This document shows positions 31,087-41,686 of a stretch of 64,000 bases of DNA, piece after piece; the first letter of the stretch is position 1; each line of letters begins with the position of its first letter. Under the pieces are notes generated by a model that saw only the letters and a list, made by a program, of their open reading frames with translations, was not told where the DNA came from and did not search any database. This stretch comes from Candidatus Bathyarchaeota archaeon. Its GTDB lineage: Archaea > Thermoproteota > Bathyarchaeia > Bathyarchaeales > Bathycorpusculaceae. A program made the translations under genes and the position numbers. The stretch covers positions 1,568,001 through 1,632,000 of the forward strand of contig OY970280.1 of assembly GCA_963715865.1 (NCBI GenBank), given 5' to 3'.

Positions 31087-31869
31087 CTAGCTTCTAAACT
31101 TGGCGGCACGATTAGCAATCAACGTAGCCATCGCACCAGCAGCAACTCCAGCGTCAATGTTAACAACCGCCAAACCCAATGAACATGATTGAAGCATAGC
31201 CATTAATGCGCTTACTCCTTTTTCGCCAAAACCGTAACTATTAGAAGTTGGAACCGCAATCACTGGAACGTCAACCAGCCCAGCAACCACAGAAGCCAGT
31301 GCACCTTCCCTGCCAGCTACAACAACAATAACGTCAACATCATTCGATAGGAGCTCTTTTAAGGGTTCAAGCAACCTGTGAATTCCAGCAACACCAACAT
31401 CGTAAGTGGAGAAAACACTGCAACCCATCTCTTCAGCGATAACTTTGGCTTCTTCAGCCACGGGGATATCTGAAGTTCCAGCCGTTAAAATCCCAATTTT
31501 TCCACCACCAGAGTTAGTGACAAAACTTTTCTTTTTGATTACAACCATTCTGGCTTTATCATTTATTTCAAACAGAACATCACTGGAGGGCATTTCTTTA
31601 ATTGCCTGGATATGTTCCTTTGTGCATCTGCTCACTACGACTCTTCCATTTTTAGCCAGCATTCTATTGGATATTTCTGCTACATCACTTGCTGATTTGC
31701 CTTCAGCCAAAATAATCTCCGGGATACCCTTCCTCAATTCCCTATTGTCATCAAGCTTCGCTAAACATCCAAGTTCATCAATGGCAAGCAGCTTTAACAG
31801 TTTTTCCGCTTCAGCAGGCGAAATCTCGTTCTTAGCAACCTTTTCCAGAACTTCTCTTAACGAATACAT
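31087..31869 (-). CDS. larB: Nickel-pincer cofactor carboxylase/hydrolase
   Basis: GIPEIILAEGK, AGTSDIPVAEEA, DVGVAGIHRL, GREGAL, VIAVPTS, SCSLGLAVVNID. Confidence 0.93.
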   Translation of the reverse strand: MYSLREVLEKVAKNEISPAEAEKLLKLLAIDELGCLAKLDDNRELRKGIPEIILAEGKSASDVAEISNRMLAKNGRVVVSRCTKEHIQAIKEMPSSDVLFEINDKARMVVIKKKSFVTNSGGGKIGILTAGTSDIPVAEEAKVIAEEMGCSVFSTYDVGVAGIHRLLEPLKELLSNDVDVIVVVAGREGALASVVAGLVDVPVIAVPTSNSYGFGEKGVSALMAMLQSCSLGLAVVNIDAGVAAGAMATLIANRAAKFRS

Positions 31870-31938
31870 AAACAGACATATTTAAAAAAACGATTATATA
31901 ATATATCTATTATGCTTGCTTGGAAAAACTAAATTTTA

Positions 31939-33201
31939 GTGATGAATATGTTTGAGACCAACAAAATACTTGTAATTGATTGTCAAGCTTCTGGCATTGC
32001 CGGTGACATGGTTCTTGGGGCATTAATAGATCTTGGAGCCAATGTTGACAAGGTTACTTCTGCCATAAAATCTTTGGAAAACCCTGAGTATGGCTACAAA
32101 AATATCAAAATAAAGATTAACCAAGTAATGAGGGGCGAGTTCAAAGCTACAAAAATTGATGTCACATCTGAAACTGCCAACAAAAGACATGGCGGTGAGC
32201 TTGTCGACATAGTAGAAAAAGCTGCAGATAAACTTGAGCTTTCAATAAAAGCCAAACAGTTCGCCTCCAAAGTCATCCGCACACTAGTCGGTGTAGAAGC
32301 TGATTTACACAAAACCTCATTTGACGATGCACACTTACACGAAGTTGCAATGGTTGACACAGCCGCTGAAATACTTGGTTCAACAGTAGCCTTGGATGAT
32401 TTAGGCTTGTTTGATTCAAAAATTTACTCGACTCCTGTTGCTGTAGGCGGAGGAATATTCAAGTTTTCACACGGTATCGTTTCAAGTCCTGCCCCTGCAA
32501 CATTAGCCATACTCCAATCAAAGAAATTCCCATTCCAAGGCGGACCGATAGAAACTGAACTTGCAACACCAACAGGTGCTTCTATTTTGGTTAATTTGGT
32601 TGATGAGATTAGCCGTTTTTATCCGCCTATTGTTCCTTTAAAGATTGGTTATGGTGCTGGAACTAAGGATTTTGCTGAAATGCCTGCTGTTTTAAGACTT
32701 ACATTGGGTAAGCCTTTGGATGATGGACTTGTAAAGGATGAAATTGCTGTTTTGGAGACGAATATCGATGACGTGACGGGTGAGGTTGTCGGGTACACTA
32801 TTGATAAATTGCTGCAGGAAGGCGCTAAAGACGTGAGCATAATTCCAATGTACACAAAAAAGAACAGGCCAGGGCAAATCATCAAAGTGATAACGGATCA
32901 AAAGGATGCTAAACGTCTCTCTAGCTTGTTGATTAAGGAAACAGGCACGTTAGGTGTTAGAGTTTACTTCTGTGAGAGGCACATCGTTAATCGTGAATTG
33001 CACACAGTGGATTTATTCATAGCTGGCGCTAAAGAACCTGTCAAAATTAAAATTTCCAAAAACAGCAACGGCGATATCGTTCATATAAAACCAGAATACG
33101 ATGACCTTAAAAGGATAGCTGACAAAACTAATTTGCCTTTTAGAGAAGTTACAGACCTTGTGATGTCAAAAGCAAGGGAAGTTTTCACTCAAACGAAGTG
33201 A
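31939..33201 (+). CDS. larC: Nickel-pincer cofactor nickel insertase
   Basis: SGIAGDMVLGALIDLG, HLHEV, ELATPTGA, LETNIDD, KKNRPG, ETGTLGVR, KPEYDD. Confidence 0.93.
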   Translation: MMNMFETNKILVIDCQASGIAGDMVLGALIDLGANVDKVTSAIKSLENPEYGYKNIKIKINQVMRGEFKATKIDVTSETANKRHGGELVDIVEKAADKLELSIKAKQFASKVIRTLVGVEADLHKTSFDDAHLHEVAMVDTAAEILGSTVALDDLGLFDSKIYSTPVAVGGGIFKFSHGIVSSPAPATLAILQSKKFPFQGGPIETELATPTGASILVNLVDEISRFYPPIVPLKIGYGAGTKDFAEMPAVLRLTLGKPLDDGLVKDEIAVLETNIDDVTGEVVGYTIDKLLQEGAKDVSIIPMYTKKNRPGQIIKVITDQKDAKRLSSLLIKETGTLGVRVYFCERHIVNRELHTVDLFIAGAKEPVKIKISKNSNGDIVHIKPEYDDLKRIADKTNLPFREVTDLVMSKAREVFTQTK

Positions 33202-33207
33202 CTTTTA

Positions 33208-34032
33208 ATGAACGAGGCAAACACGAAATTCAAACAGCTCAAACAGTTCATCAGGGAAAAAGGAAAAGATGGTGTTGCAATCGCTTTTTCTGGAGGTGTG
33301 GACAGCTCAACTTTGGCTGCTGTGAGCCATGAGGTTCTAGGCGAGAAGGCAGTAGCTGTTATAGCTCAATCCCCAACGTACACATCTGAAGAGCTAAGGG
33401 ACGCTAAACAAGTAGCCAAGGAGATAGGCATCAAATTGTATGTGATTGAAACTAACGAGTTATCCAACGAGAATTTTAGCAAAAACCCTGAAAACCGTTG
33501 CTACTACTGCAAAAAAGAATTACTCGAATGCTTACTTGATTTTGGTCATGAGCTTGGGTTTAAAGCGGTTTTTGAAGGCACAAACTTTTCCGATTTAAAT
33601 GATCACAGGCCAGGATTCAAAGCTGTGCAAGAAGCCAGCAACGTGTATAGCCCATGGATGATTAACAAGTTTAGTAAGGATGAGATTCGCCAAGTAGCTA
33701 AAACAATGGGGCTTAGCGTTCATGACAAACCTGCTTTAGCGTGTTTAGCTTCAAGGATACCGTTTAATGAGAAAATTACGGCTGAGAAGTTGAACAGAAT
33801 CGACAAGGCAGAGCAAGCCATAAAGGCGATAACGGGAGTTAAGCAGATCCGCGTCAGAGACCATAACGGGTTAGCACGAATAGAAGTCGGAAAAGCTGAA
33901 AGAGCGCTCTTTTGCAGTGTCGATGTTTTGGATAGGGTGGCTGAGGATTTGAAAAAGTTAGGTTTCAAGTATGTGACGGTTGATTTGGAAGGTTACCGAT
34001 CAGGAAGCATGCTTAAAACATTAGACACATAA
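33208..34032 (+). CDS. larE: Nickel-pincer cofactor sulfur transferase
   Basis: AFSGGVDS, RCYYCK, DHRPG, KPALACLASR, QIRVRDH, GYRSGSM. Confidence 0.93.
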   Translation: MNEANTKFKQLKQFIREKGKDGVAIAFSGGVDSSTLAAVSHEVLGEKAVAVIAQSPTYTSEELRDAKQVAKEIGIKLYVIETNELSNENFSKNPENRCYYCKKELLECLLDFGHELGFKAVFEGTNFSDLNDHRPGFKAVQEASNVYSPWMINKFSKDEIRQVAKTMGLSVHDKPALACLASRIPFNEKITAEKLNRIDKAEQAIKAITGVKQIRVRDHNGLARIEVGKAERALFCSVDVLDRVAEDLKKLGFKYVTVDLEGYRSGSMLKTLDT

Positions 34033-34149
34033 ATACAAACATGCATGTCTCCTGTCTATGCGCCTATTAATTTGCAAAGAACTCTGTCAGACCTTGGCAG
34101 TGTGAATGCTTAAATAATTTCGGCTATTGTATTTTGTTCGGGCTGAGAA

Positions 34150-35574
34150 ATGACTACTTCGCCGTCAAGTATTTGCTTTTTTAACACTCTAACACGCAAG
34201 AAAGAAGTTTTTAAGCCGTTGGAAGCGGACGAAGTGAAAATGTACACGTGTGGTCCCACAGTGTATGATTTTGCGCATATTGGGAATTTTCGGGCTTTTT
34301 TGTTTGAGGATTTGCTGAAACGTTGGCTTGTGAGTCGAGGCTTCAAGGTTACGCATGTCATGAACTTGACAGATGTCGATGACAAAACCATCAAAGGCAG
34401 CCAGAAACAGCAGGTGCCGCTTAGGCAGTTCACCGATTTCTATGTCAAAGCCTTTTTCGAAGACATCAAAGCCCTAAACATTCAACCCGCAGACGTTTAC
34501 CCAAAAGCCACCGACCACATTCCCGAAATGGTCGCTTTAATCAAAACGTTGATGGCTAAAGGCTACGCTTACCGCGGCGAAGACGGCTCAATCTACTACG
34601 CCATAAGCAAGTTCCCAGGTTACGGCAAACTCTCAAAAATCAAAACTGCCGAACTCAAAGCAGGCGCAAGAGTAAGCCAAGACGAATACGCCAAAGAAGA
34701 AGCACAGGACTTTGCCCTCTGGAAAGCTTGGACGCCGGAAGATGGCGATGCCTTCTGGGAAACGGAGCTGGGCAAAGGCAGGCCAGGATGGCACATCGAA
34801 TGCAGCGCAATGTCAATGAAGTATCTCGGCGAAACCTTCGACATTCACTGCGGCGGAGTGGATAACATTTTTCCGCATCATGAGAACGAGATTGCGCAAA
34901 GCGAGGCGGCAACCGATAAGAAGTTTGTGAATTACTGGTTGCATAATGAGCATTTGCTTGTTGAAGGCAAAAAAATGGCTAAGCGCTTTGGCAATTTTTA
35001 CACGCTCCGCGACCTGTTAGCTAAGGGGTATGATCCGATTGCGATTCGGTACTTGCTGTTGTCCACGCATTACAGGCAACAGTTCAACTTTACTTTTGAA
35101 GGCTTAGAAGCCGCTAAAGCTGCGGTGGATAGGCTAAGGAATTTTGTTCGACGCTTGCATGACGCGGAGGGCAAGGATAGCAAAGGAAAAGCCGCCGTTT
35201 TAGCATCGAAGCTTGAGGCGTGCTTTGGCGGGTCAATGGATGATGACTTGGACATCGGTATAGCATTGGCTTCGCTTTTTGATTTTGTGCGGGAAATCAA
35301 CAACTTGCTTGATGCTAACATGGTAAGCAAGGCGGAAGCAGCAGAAGTTGGCAGATTAATAATGCAAATCGATGCCGTCTTGGGCGTCATTGGCGAGGTG
35401 AAGACGCAGGAAGTCTTACCGGCAGAGATTGATGCTTTAGTTCAGCAGCGTGAGGAAGCTCGCAAAGCGAAGAATTGGAAAGAAGCTGACGCCATAAGAA
35501 CACAGCTTAAGGCAATGGGCATCGTGCTTGAGGATACAGCACAAGGCGTACGGTGGCATAAGGAAAAGGCTTAA
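34150..35574 (+). CDS. cysS: Cysteine--tRNA ligase
   Basis: CGPTVY, HIGN, GRPGWHIECSAM, FPHHENE, KMAK. Confidence 0.96.
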   Translation: MTTSPSSICFFNTLTRKKEVFKPLEADEVKMYTCGPTVYDFAHIGNFRAFLFEDLLKRWLVSRGFKVTHVMNLTDVDDKTIKGSQKQQVPLRQFTDFYVKAFFEDIKALNIQPADVYPKATDHIPEMVALIKTLMAKGYAYRGEDGSIYYAISKFPGYGKLSKIKTAELKAGARVSQDEYAKEEAQDFALWKAWTPEDGDAFWETELGKGRPGWHIECSAMSMKYLGETFDIHCGGVDNIFPHHENEIAQSEAATDKKFVNYWLHNEHLLVEGKKMAKRFGNFYTLRDLLAKGYDPIAIRYLLLSTHYRQQFNFTFEGLEAAKAAVDRLRNFVRRLHDAEGKDSKGKAAVLASKLEACFGGSMDDDLDIGIALASLFDFVREINNLLDANMVSKAEAAEVGRLIMQIDAVLGVIGEVKTQEVLPAEIDALVQQREEARKAKNWKEADAIRTQLKAMGIVLEDTAQGVRWHKEKA

Positions 35575-36356
35575 ACGGTTTTGCCCTCAAAATTCCATTC
35601 GGTTTTGGAATATTTTTCCTTGTAAAGCTTCTGCGCAAGCTCCACTTCATAAGGCGTTAACTCGCTAGGCTCAAGCTGAATCTTCAAAATCGCCCTAAAA
35701 CCCTGAGCCAACGCATTAGCAACTGTTTCAGGCATAACTACGTGGCCTAACTCGTTTTGTATGCTGGTGATTTTGCGCTTAGCAATATCCGCGGCTTGAG
35801 TGCAACTTGCGTTTTTTAGTTTTAGAAGCGTAAACATTTTTGGCAAATCAACGCTTCGCAGCACTGTGCCATGCTGGAGCACGACTCCACGGGTTATGGT
35901 TTGGCTGCTGCCTGAGATTTTTTTGCCGTTAACGGTTAAATTTGGGCAGTTTTTTTGGTCACCTCTGCTGAAGTCGGCTGGTATTCCCAAAAGCCTAAGC
36001 GCGTCGGTTATTGCCTCGTAAATCTTGGCGTAAACGCTAGTAATGTCTGCAGTGCCTAAGGCTTCGGTTTTGGCGTTTACGCTGTAGGTGACTTCGCCCT
36101 CATAATCATGGTAAACGGTGCCGCCGCCACTAATACGCCGAACCACATCAACTCCCAGCCGTTTGCAAGCGTCAAGGTAAACTTCGTTCTGAGGGTTCTG
36201 GTTCTTGCCAATGCTGACGGCGGATGGTTGCCAACGATAAAAACGCAAGGTATTCGGAACTTGCCCAGCGATTCGCGCTGTTAATATTGCCTCGTCGATT
36301 GCCATGTTCATAAATGCATTGTTGGTTTGGAGCGGTAGTAAACGCCAAGTATCCAT
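35571..36356 (-). CDS. lplA: Lipoate-protein ligase A family
   Basis: NMAIDEA, RRISGGGTVYH, GKKISGSSQ, LQHGT. Confidence 0.88.
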   Translation of the reverse strand: MDTWRLLPLQTNNAFMNMAIDEAILTARIAGQVPNTLRFYRWQPSAVSIGKNQNPQNEVYLDACKRLGVDVVRRISGGGTVYHDYEGEVTYSVNAKTEALGTADITSVYAKIYEAITDALRLLGIPADFSRGDQKNCPNLTVNGKKISGSSQTITRGVVLQHGTVLRSVDLPKMFTLLKLKNASCTQAADIAKRKITSIQNELGHVVMPETVANALAQGFRAILKIQLEPSELTPYEVELAQKLYKEKYSKTEWNFEGKTV

Positions 36357-36494
36357 TATGGTTCAATCCTTTCGAATGAAAAAACAAGGTTTCGCTTAAA
36401 ACTGTTATGCAATTGCTTAGATTTTACGATAACTCACTAATGTAGATATGTTCATATGCAAGTTGCAAAGTAAAGTAGATATCGAGGTTGTCTG

Positions 36495-36662
36495 ATGGTT
36501 GCCCGTAAATTCACAGTTTTACTCGAACCTGCCGAGGAAGGTGGTTTCGTAGTCAAGTGTCTTGAGCTTCCGGTTGCAACTCAAGGCGAAACCAAAGAAG
36601 AAGCCTTAAGCAACATCAAGGAAGCCATCGAAGGTTATCTGGAAGTTAAAGCAAAAAACTGA
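36495..36662 (+). CDS. HicB/UPF0150-like antitoxin, 55 aa, orphan (not in ORF track)
   Basis: MVARKFTVLLEPAEEGGFVVKCLELPVATQGETKEEALSNIKEAIEGYLEVKAKN*. Confidence 0.8.
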   Translation: MVARKFTVLLEPAEEGGFVVKCLELPVATQGETKEEALSNIKEAIEGYLEVKAKN

Positions 36663-36817
36663 GGAATCGGTAGGGTAGGTATCTTTTTAGCTACTGAAAC
36701 TAGGTCTAAAAAGAGGGTATCCCTCCGTAAGCCAGTTTCTCAAAAATGATTGCTCTAATCCTTATAGATAAAGCCTTAAAACTTAAACTCGCATTCTTAA
36801 GGAAAGAGGAAACTATA

Positions 36818-37699
36818 ATGAAGATTATTGCTGGTCCAGCGTCGAAGGAGCTTGCTGAAAAGGTTTCAGCGTTAACTGGTTTTGGGAATGTTCCTGTTGC
36901 GTTTAAGGTTTTTCCTGACGGGGAATCGTATGTTCGTTTGGAAGGTAGCGTTCAAGGCGAAAGTGTGGCTATTGTGCAGACTACGTGTCCGCCGGCTCAG
37001 GATGGGAGGCTTTTTCAGTTAGCGTTCATGGCTGATGCAGCAAAGCGAGGCGGCGCCGATAAGGTCTTGGCGGTTGTGCCTTACTTGGCCTATGCCCGTC
37101 AGGATAAGATGTTTCTGCAGGGCGAAGGTATAAGTGTTGAAACCGTCGCGCGGATGCTGAAGGCAGCTGGAATCGACGAGTTATTAACAGTGAACACTCA
37201 CTCGGAACATGCGCTCGAACAGTTTTCGTTTCCAGCCAGAACAGTGAGTGCTATACCGCTTTTGGCAGAGTATTTTGTGCAGAAAGGCTTCAAAGGAGCA
37301 TTTGCCCTGTCGCCTGACAAGGGTGCAATGTATATTGCGAAGCAGGCGCAAGCGGTTTTAGGCGGCGAAGCTGGGCATTTGGATAAGCAGCGTGACCGCT
37401 ATACTGGACAAACTAAGCAGACCGCTGAAGGCTTAAACGTTAAAGGCAAAACCGTCATAATCTTCGACGACATAATCAGCACGGGCGGCACCATCGTGGG
37501 AGCAGCAAAAATCCTCCGCGAACAAGGCGCCAAACATGTTTTTTGCGCTTGCGTGCACGGCTTGCTGATTGGCGACGCACAAAAACGCATCCTTGACGCA
37601 GGCGTGGAGGAAATCGTGGGCACCGACAGCGTGCCTGGCAGTGTGAGTAAGGTTTCGTTGGCGCCGCTGATAAGCCAAGAACTTAGGGCGCAAAAATAG
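36818..37699 (+). CDS. prs: Ribose-phosphate pyrophosphokinase
   Basis: FPDGESYVR, PYLAYARQD, SPDKGA, DDIISTGGT. Confidence 0.95.
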   Translation: MKIIAGPASKELAEKVSALTGFGNVPVAFKVFPDGESYVRLEGSVQGESVAIVQTTCPPAQDGRLFQLAFMADAAKRGGADKVLAVVPYLAYARQDKMFLQGEGISVETVARMLKAAGIDELLTVNTHSEHALEQFSFPARTVSAIPLLAEYFVQKGFKGAFALSPDKGAMYIAKQAQAVLGGEAGHLDKQRDRYTGQTKQTAEGLNVKGKTVIIFDDIISTGGTIVGAAKILREQGAKHVFCACVHGLLIGDAQKRILDAGVEEIVGTDSVPGSVSKVSLAPLISQELRAQK

Positions 37700-38746
37700 T
37701 TGGCTAAACTTTTTTTCCTCTTATCGGGCGAGAGCGAGTCTTTGCCTGCTGCTGAAGTTAAAGCGATACTGGAAGCAGAAGGCTATGGCTATGGGAACGT
37801 TGAAGTTCTCGACCAGACTTTGCGGTTGGAATCAGAGCTCGGCAGCGTCCAAGCAGTGCAGGTTAGAGCAGCGTTCACGAGACTTTGCGCCTTGGAGCTT
37901 TTCAAATCAGACGCCACTGAAACGGAAATTAGTAAAACCGCAAGCAATACTGACTTCAAAGCAGTTTTGAAACCGGGCGAAAGCTTTTCGGTACGGATAA
38001 ACCGCATAAAAAACTACGCGGACCAAGCCATCAACACTATGAGGCTGGAAGGAAAACTGGGAAAAATAATACTGCAACGCACACAAGACACAAAGGTAAA
38101 CCTCAAAAACCCAGACAAAACCTTCATCGGCATAATAACCAACGAAAAACTCGTTTTTGGTTTGAAGCTCACCGAAATCCAAACCAAAACCTTCTCAGAA
38201 CGCAGACCGCGCAAAAAACCGTTCTTCCACCCGTCTGCCATGCCGTCGAAACTTGCCCGTTGCATGGTGAATTTGGCGCATGGAAAAACTGAAGACTTAG
38301 TGCTTGACCCGTTTTGCGGAACAGGCAGCTCGCTTATTGAAGCCACGTACATCGGCTGCAGAGCGTTGGGTGTTGATGCTCAGAGGCGGATGGTTTTGGG
38401 TTGCAGAAAAAACCTGCAGCACTTCAATATCACTGCTGAAGGTTTAGTTTTGGCTGATGCACGCCATTTGCCCTTTACGGAGGTTGATTGTGTTGTTACT
38501 GACCCGCCGTATGGTCGCTCATCAAGCACATTGAAGTCTACGACTAAGCAGTTGGTGCAGGAGGTTTTGGCTTCAGCGCATTGCTTGTTGGGGGTGGGGC
38601 AACGGATTTGTATTGCTTCGCCTAAAACATTAAACATTAAAGCGTTAGGCACGGCGTTGGGGTATAGGCATGTGGAGTCCCATTTCGCCTACGTACATAG
38701 AACGCTAACAAGGGAAATCGCAGTGTTCGAGAAGGTGCATGACTAA
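37700..38746 (+). CDS. trm11: tRNA G10 N2-methyltransferase (THUMP plus MTase)
   Basis: PFFHPSAM, LDPFCGTG, TDPPYGR, HRTLTR. Confidence 0.85.
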   Translation: MAKLFFLLSGESESLPAAEVKAILEAEGYGYGNVEVLDQTLRLESELGSVQAVQVRAAFTRLCALELFKSDATETEISKTASNTDFKAVLKPGESFSVRINRIKNYADQAINTMRLEGKLGKIILQRTQDTKVNLKNPDKTFIGIITNEKLVFGLKLTEIQTKTFSERRPRKKPFFHPSAMPSKLARCMVNLAHGKTEDLVLDPFCGTGSSLIEATYIGCRALGVDAQRRMVLGCRKNLQHFNITAEGLVLADARHLPFTEVDCVVTDPPYGRSSSTLKSTTKQLVQEVLASAHCLLGVGQRICIASPKTLNIKALGTALGYRHVESHFAYVHRTLTREIAVFEKVHD

Positions 38747-39670
38747 GTGAGTATTCGCGTGGTGTTTTTGGGAACAAGCGGCAGCGTTCCAACCCTGAAG
38801 CGGAGCCTACCAGCCGTCGTCCTCCAATGTCCAAAGGAGCAGTGGATGTTTGACTGCGGCGAAAGCACACAGCGGCAAATGATGCAGGCAAAAGTAAGCT
38901 TCCACAAGAAACTAAAAGTTTTTCTCACTCACTTGCATGGTGACCACGTGCTGGGTTTGCCAGGGGTGCTGCAAACGATGGCGTTAATGGACCGCAAAGA
39001 GCCAGTCGCTGTGTATGGCCCCCCAGGGATTAAGGATTTTCTGCTTTGCGCTAAAGAGACCCTGAAGTTTGGTTTAACGTTCCCAGTGGAAATCAGCGAG
39101 ATTTTAAGCGAAGGCATAATTCTGGATGAAGAAGAATACAGTGTTGAGGCTGCCAGGTCTAACCATGCCGTGGACAGTTACGCTTACGCGTTTATAGAGA
39201 AGCCGCGCCCTGGAAAGTTTTACCCGAAAAAAGCCTTGACGCTCGGAGTTCCCGAGGGCGAATTGTGGTCTAAGCTTCAGGGCGGCGAAGAAATCAAAAT
39301 GGCAGACGACAGGGTGGTTAAGCCAAGCGACGTCATGGGGCCGCTTCGGGCTGGGCGAAAAATTGTTTACACAGGCGACACCAGACCGTTCGAAGGGTTT
39401 GCAAAGTTTGCTGCCGGAGCGGATTTAGTTATTCATGACTGCACCTTTGACGATTCACTGAGCGAGAAAGCAGCATTGGATGGGCATTCAACGCCTAGCC
39501 AAGCTGCAGGACAAGCGAAGGCAGCTGGAGCAAAGCGGCTGGTTTTGACGCATATCAGCGCAAGGTATCCTGATGCCAGTGTGCTTTTGGAACAGGCAAA
39601 AAAGGTCTTTGCACACACGATGCTGGCTGAGGATTTTATGGAGCTTGAACTGCCGCTTAGGAAAAGCTAA
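38747..39670 (+). CDS. rnz: Ribonuclease Z
   Basis: FLGTSG, FDCGE, THLHGDH, YTGDT, HST, THISARY. Confidence 0.95.
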   Translation: MSIRVVFLGTSGSVPTLKRSLPAVVLQCPKEQWMFDCGESTQRQMMQAKVSFHKKLKVFLTHLHGDHVLGLPGVLQTMALMDRKEPVAVYGPPGIKDFLLCAKETLKFGLTFPVEISEILSEGIILDEEEYSVEAARSNHAVDSYAYAFIEKPRPGKFYPKKALTLGVPEGELWSKLQGGEEIKMADDRVVKPSDVMGPLRAGRKIVYTGDTRPFEGFAKFAAGADLVIHDCTFDDSLSEKAALDGHSTPSQAAGQAKAAGAKRLVLTHISARYPDASVLLEQAKKVFAHTMLAEDFMELELPLRKS

Positions 39671-40449
39671 CCGAGAAGCTGCCGCAGTTTTTGTAGGCTT
39701 TCTGTGATGTTGGTTGTAGATTCGAGGATTACGGTTTTGTCGTAGCCTAATTTTTTTATGGTTTGTGCAAACCAGTTCCAGTCGATTTTGCCTTGGCCTA
39801 TGCCGAGGTGCTGGTCTTCAATGCCGTTGTTGTCGCTGGCGTGGACGTGGATGATTTTGTCAGCTAACATGTTGAAGAATGGTTCTATTTGGGCTTCGAG
39901 GTTGGCGTGGCCGAGGTCCATGACGATGCCGATTGGCAGGTTAGTTTCTCTGTAGAATCGAGTAAATTCCTCTGGTTTATTCATTAAAAACCAGTATTTT
40001 GCTGGCAAATTTTCCAGAGCAATGTTTACCCCGTATTCTTCCGCTGTCTCGTAGAGTTCTTGGATGCTTTGGTTGTTTTGTTTCCAGTCGGCGCCGGGGT
40101 AGAATTGGCCGATGCCTGTTTGCGTTCCAGGATGGAAAACCCAGAGTTTAGCGTCCAACGCGTTAGCGTAGGCGATGGATTGTTTGAGGCGTTTTATTGC
40201 GGTGTTTAGCATGACTTTTGACGGCGAAGCAATGTTGATGTCAGCGAAGGGCGCATGTAACGAGTATTCTAAACCGTATGATTTCGCGGCTTCTTTGAGC
40301 ATGGCGACGCGTTTTTTGTCAAGTTCATGCTTGCCGTCATCTAAAACTTCAACGTAACGCGTGTCCACAGTGCCTAAACGCTTAACCATCCGATTGAATG
40401 GTTCGCCTAGGCAGTAGAGCATTGAAACGCCAACTTTAGCCTTGGGCAT
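39667..40449 (-). CDS. Sugar phosphate isomerase/epimerase (xylose-isomerase TIM barrel)
   Basis: LHAPFADIN, ALENLP, DLGHA, HVHASDN, DQHL. Confidence 0.85.
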   Translation of the reverse strand: MPKAKVGVSMLYCLGEPFNRMVKRLGTVDTRYVEVLDDGKHELDKKRVAMLKEAAKSYGLEYSLHAPFADINIASPSKVMLNTAIKRLKQSIAYANALDAKLWVFHPGTQTGIGQFYPGADWKQNNQSIQELYETAEEYGVNIALENLPAKYWFLMNKPEEFTRFYRETNLPIGIVMDLGHANLEAQIEPFFNMLADKIIHVHASDNNGIEDQHLGIGQGKIDWNWFAQTIKKLGYDKTVILESTTNITESLQKLRQLLG

Positions 40450-40587
40450 ACAACCGTTACCTCACTTGTTAACAGGACAGTTTGCTGGTTAAGAGTTTAA
40501 AACTAACTTAATAACCTAATCGAGGCAATCGGGAAAAACTAATGCTCTAAACAAGCCGTAATTTAATTCTTAGAAAAAAGTCCTTTT

Positions 40588-41103
40588 TTATGGGAATAGT
40601 CGTCTGCCCCATTGTTGCTGCCTAAACGCGACCGCTCTAGTCGTTTTATACTGCACCTGTCTAATTCCTAGCGCTAGTTCAGCAAACTCTCTTATGGTTG
40701 TGTAGCGGAAGTCCCATGTTGGCGTGCCACACCGTAAGCCGCTGCACATCGTGTCCGCGTAAATGTACAATCGCATCCCGCCATAATCGTATGCTGCTTG
40801 GTTTTGCTGCCCGTATTTTGGTTCTGAAAGTATTTTGAAGGGCCAGAGTTTGCATGCTTCAGGCTTCATGTTCTGCAAGCCGCAGTAGTAGTTGTTTGTG
40901 TGGTTGCATAGGAAAGCGCAGGAGCCATCGTCTGCCCTTTTAATGAAGAATCGGTCTAAGCCAGCCACGGTTGTTTCCATGCCAAAAGTTTTGGCGATTT
41001 TTAGCCATTCCGTGAAGTCTAAGACGACGCTGTAGAGTTTGCAGCAGTAACCGCATGCTTTGCAATGCCAGTCGGCTATGTTTTGCCATGGAATAAACTG
41101 CAT
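40588..41103 (-). CDS. YkgJ/UPF0153 cysteine-cluster protein
   Basis: CKACGYCC, CAFL, KPEACKLWPF. Confidence 0.85.
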   Translation of the reverse strand: MQFIPWQNIADWHCKACGYCCKLYSVVLDFTEWLKIAKTFGMETTVAGLDRFFIKRADDGSCAFLCNHTNNYYCGLQNMKPEACKLWPFKILSEPKYGQQNQAAYDYGGMRLYIYADTMCSGLRCGTPTWDFRYTTIREFAELALGIRQVQYKTTRAVAFRQQQWGRRLFP

Positions 41104-41176
41104 TTTTAGTAAACACTCTTTTTGAACAGTGAAGATAGGAGACTAAAAACCTTTTTCCAATCAATAAAGGGAAAAA

Positions 41177-41677
41177 CTATGGTTTCCTGTACAGATAAAT
41201 TGTGTGAGAAGGATAGCCTAACTGGGGGTTTTCACAGAAATTCTCAACTTTCTCAGGACGCCAACCAATAATCTCGTAATCATGCGAAACCACGCGTGCA
41301 CCCTTCTTAAGGTCACTCTCAAGCTTGGGCCTGATTTTCTCATTTGCACTCGTCGTCAAATACAAGTAAACCACGTCAGCCGAAGTTAAGTTAACGTTAA
41401 ACATGTCACCATTCACAATTGTTACTCTATCCTCAAGACCATTCTCATGAATAGTACTCAACGCTTTTTTCGCCAAATCCTCACGCAACTCGATACCGAC
41501 CCCTCTGGCGCCAAAAGTTTTCGCCGCCATAATCACAGTTCTGCCATCTCCAGAACCTAAGTCAAACAGTACTTCGCCAGCCTTCAAATCAGCCAATTTC
41601 AACATGTATTCTACAACACAGTTTGGACTTGGAACAAAAGGCGCAATAAACATTCTAACACTTTCACCCTTCAACAA
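41177..41677 (-). CDS. Small SAM-dependent methyltransferase (protein-lysine MTase-like)
   Basis: PFVPSP, DLGSGDGR, GIEL, VVSHDY. Confidence 0.85.
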   Translation of the reverse strand: MLKGESVRMFIAPFVPSPNCVVEYMLKLADLKAGEVLFDLGSGDGRTVIMAAKTFGARGVGIELREDLAKKALSTIHENGLEDRVTIVNGDMFNVNLTSADVVYLYLTTSANEKIRPKLESDLKKGARVVSHDYEIIGWRPEKVENFCENPQLGYPSHTIYLYRKP

Positions 41678-41686
41678 TCATGCTTT

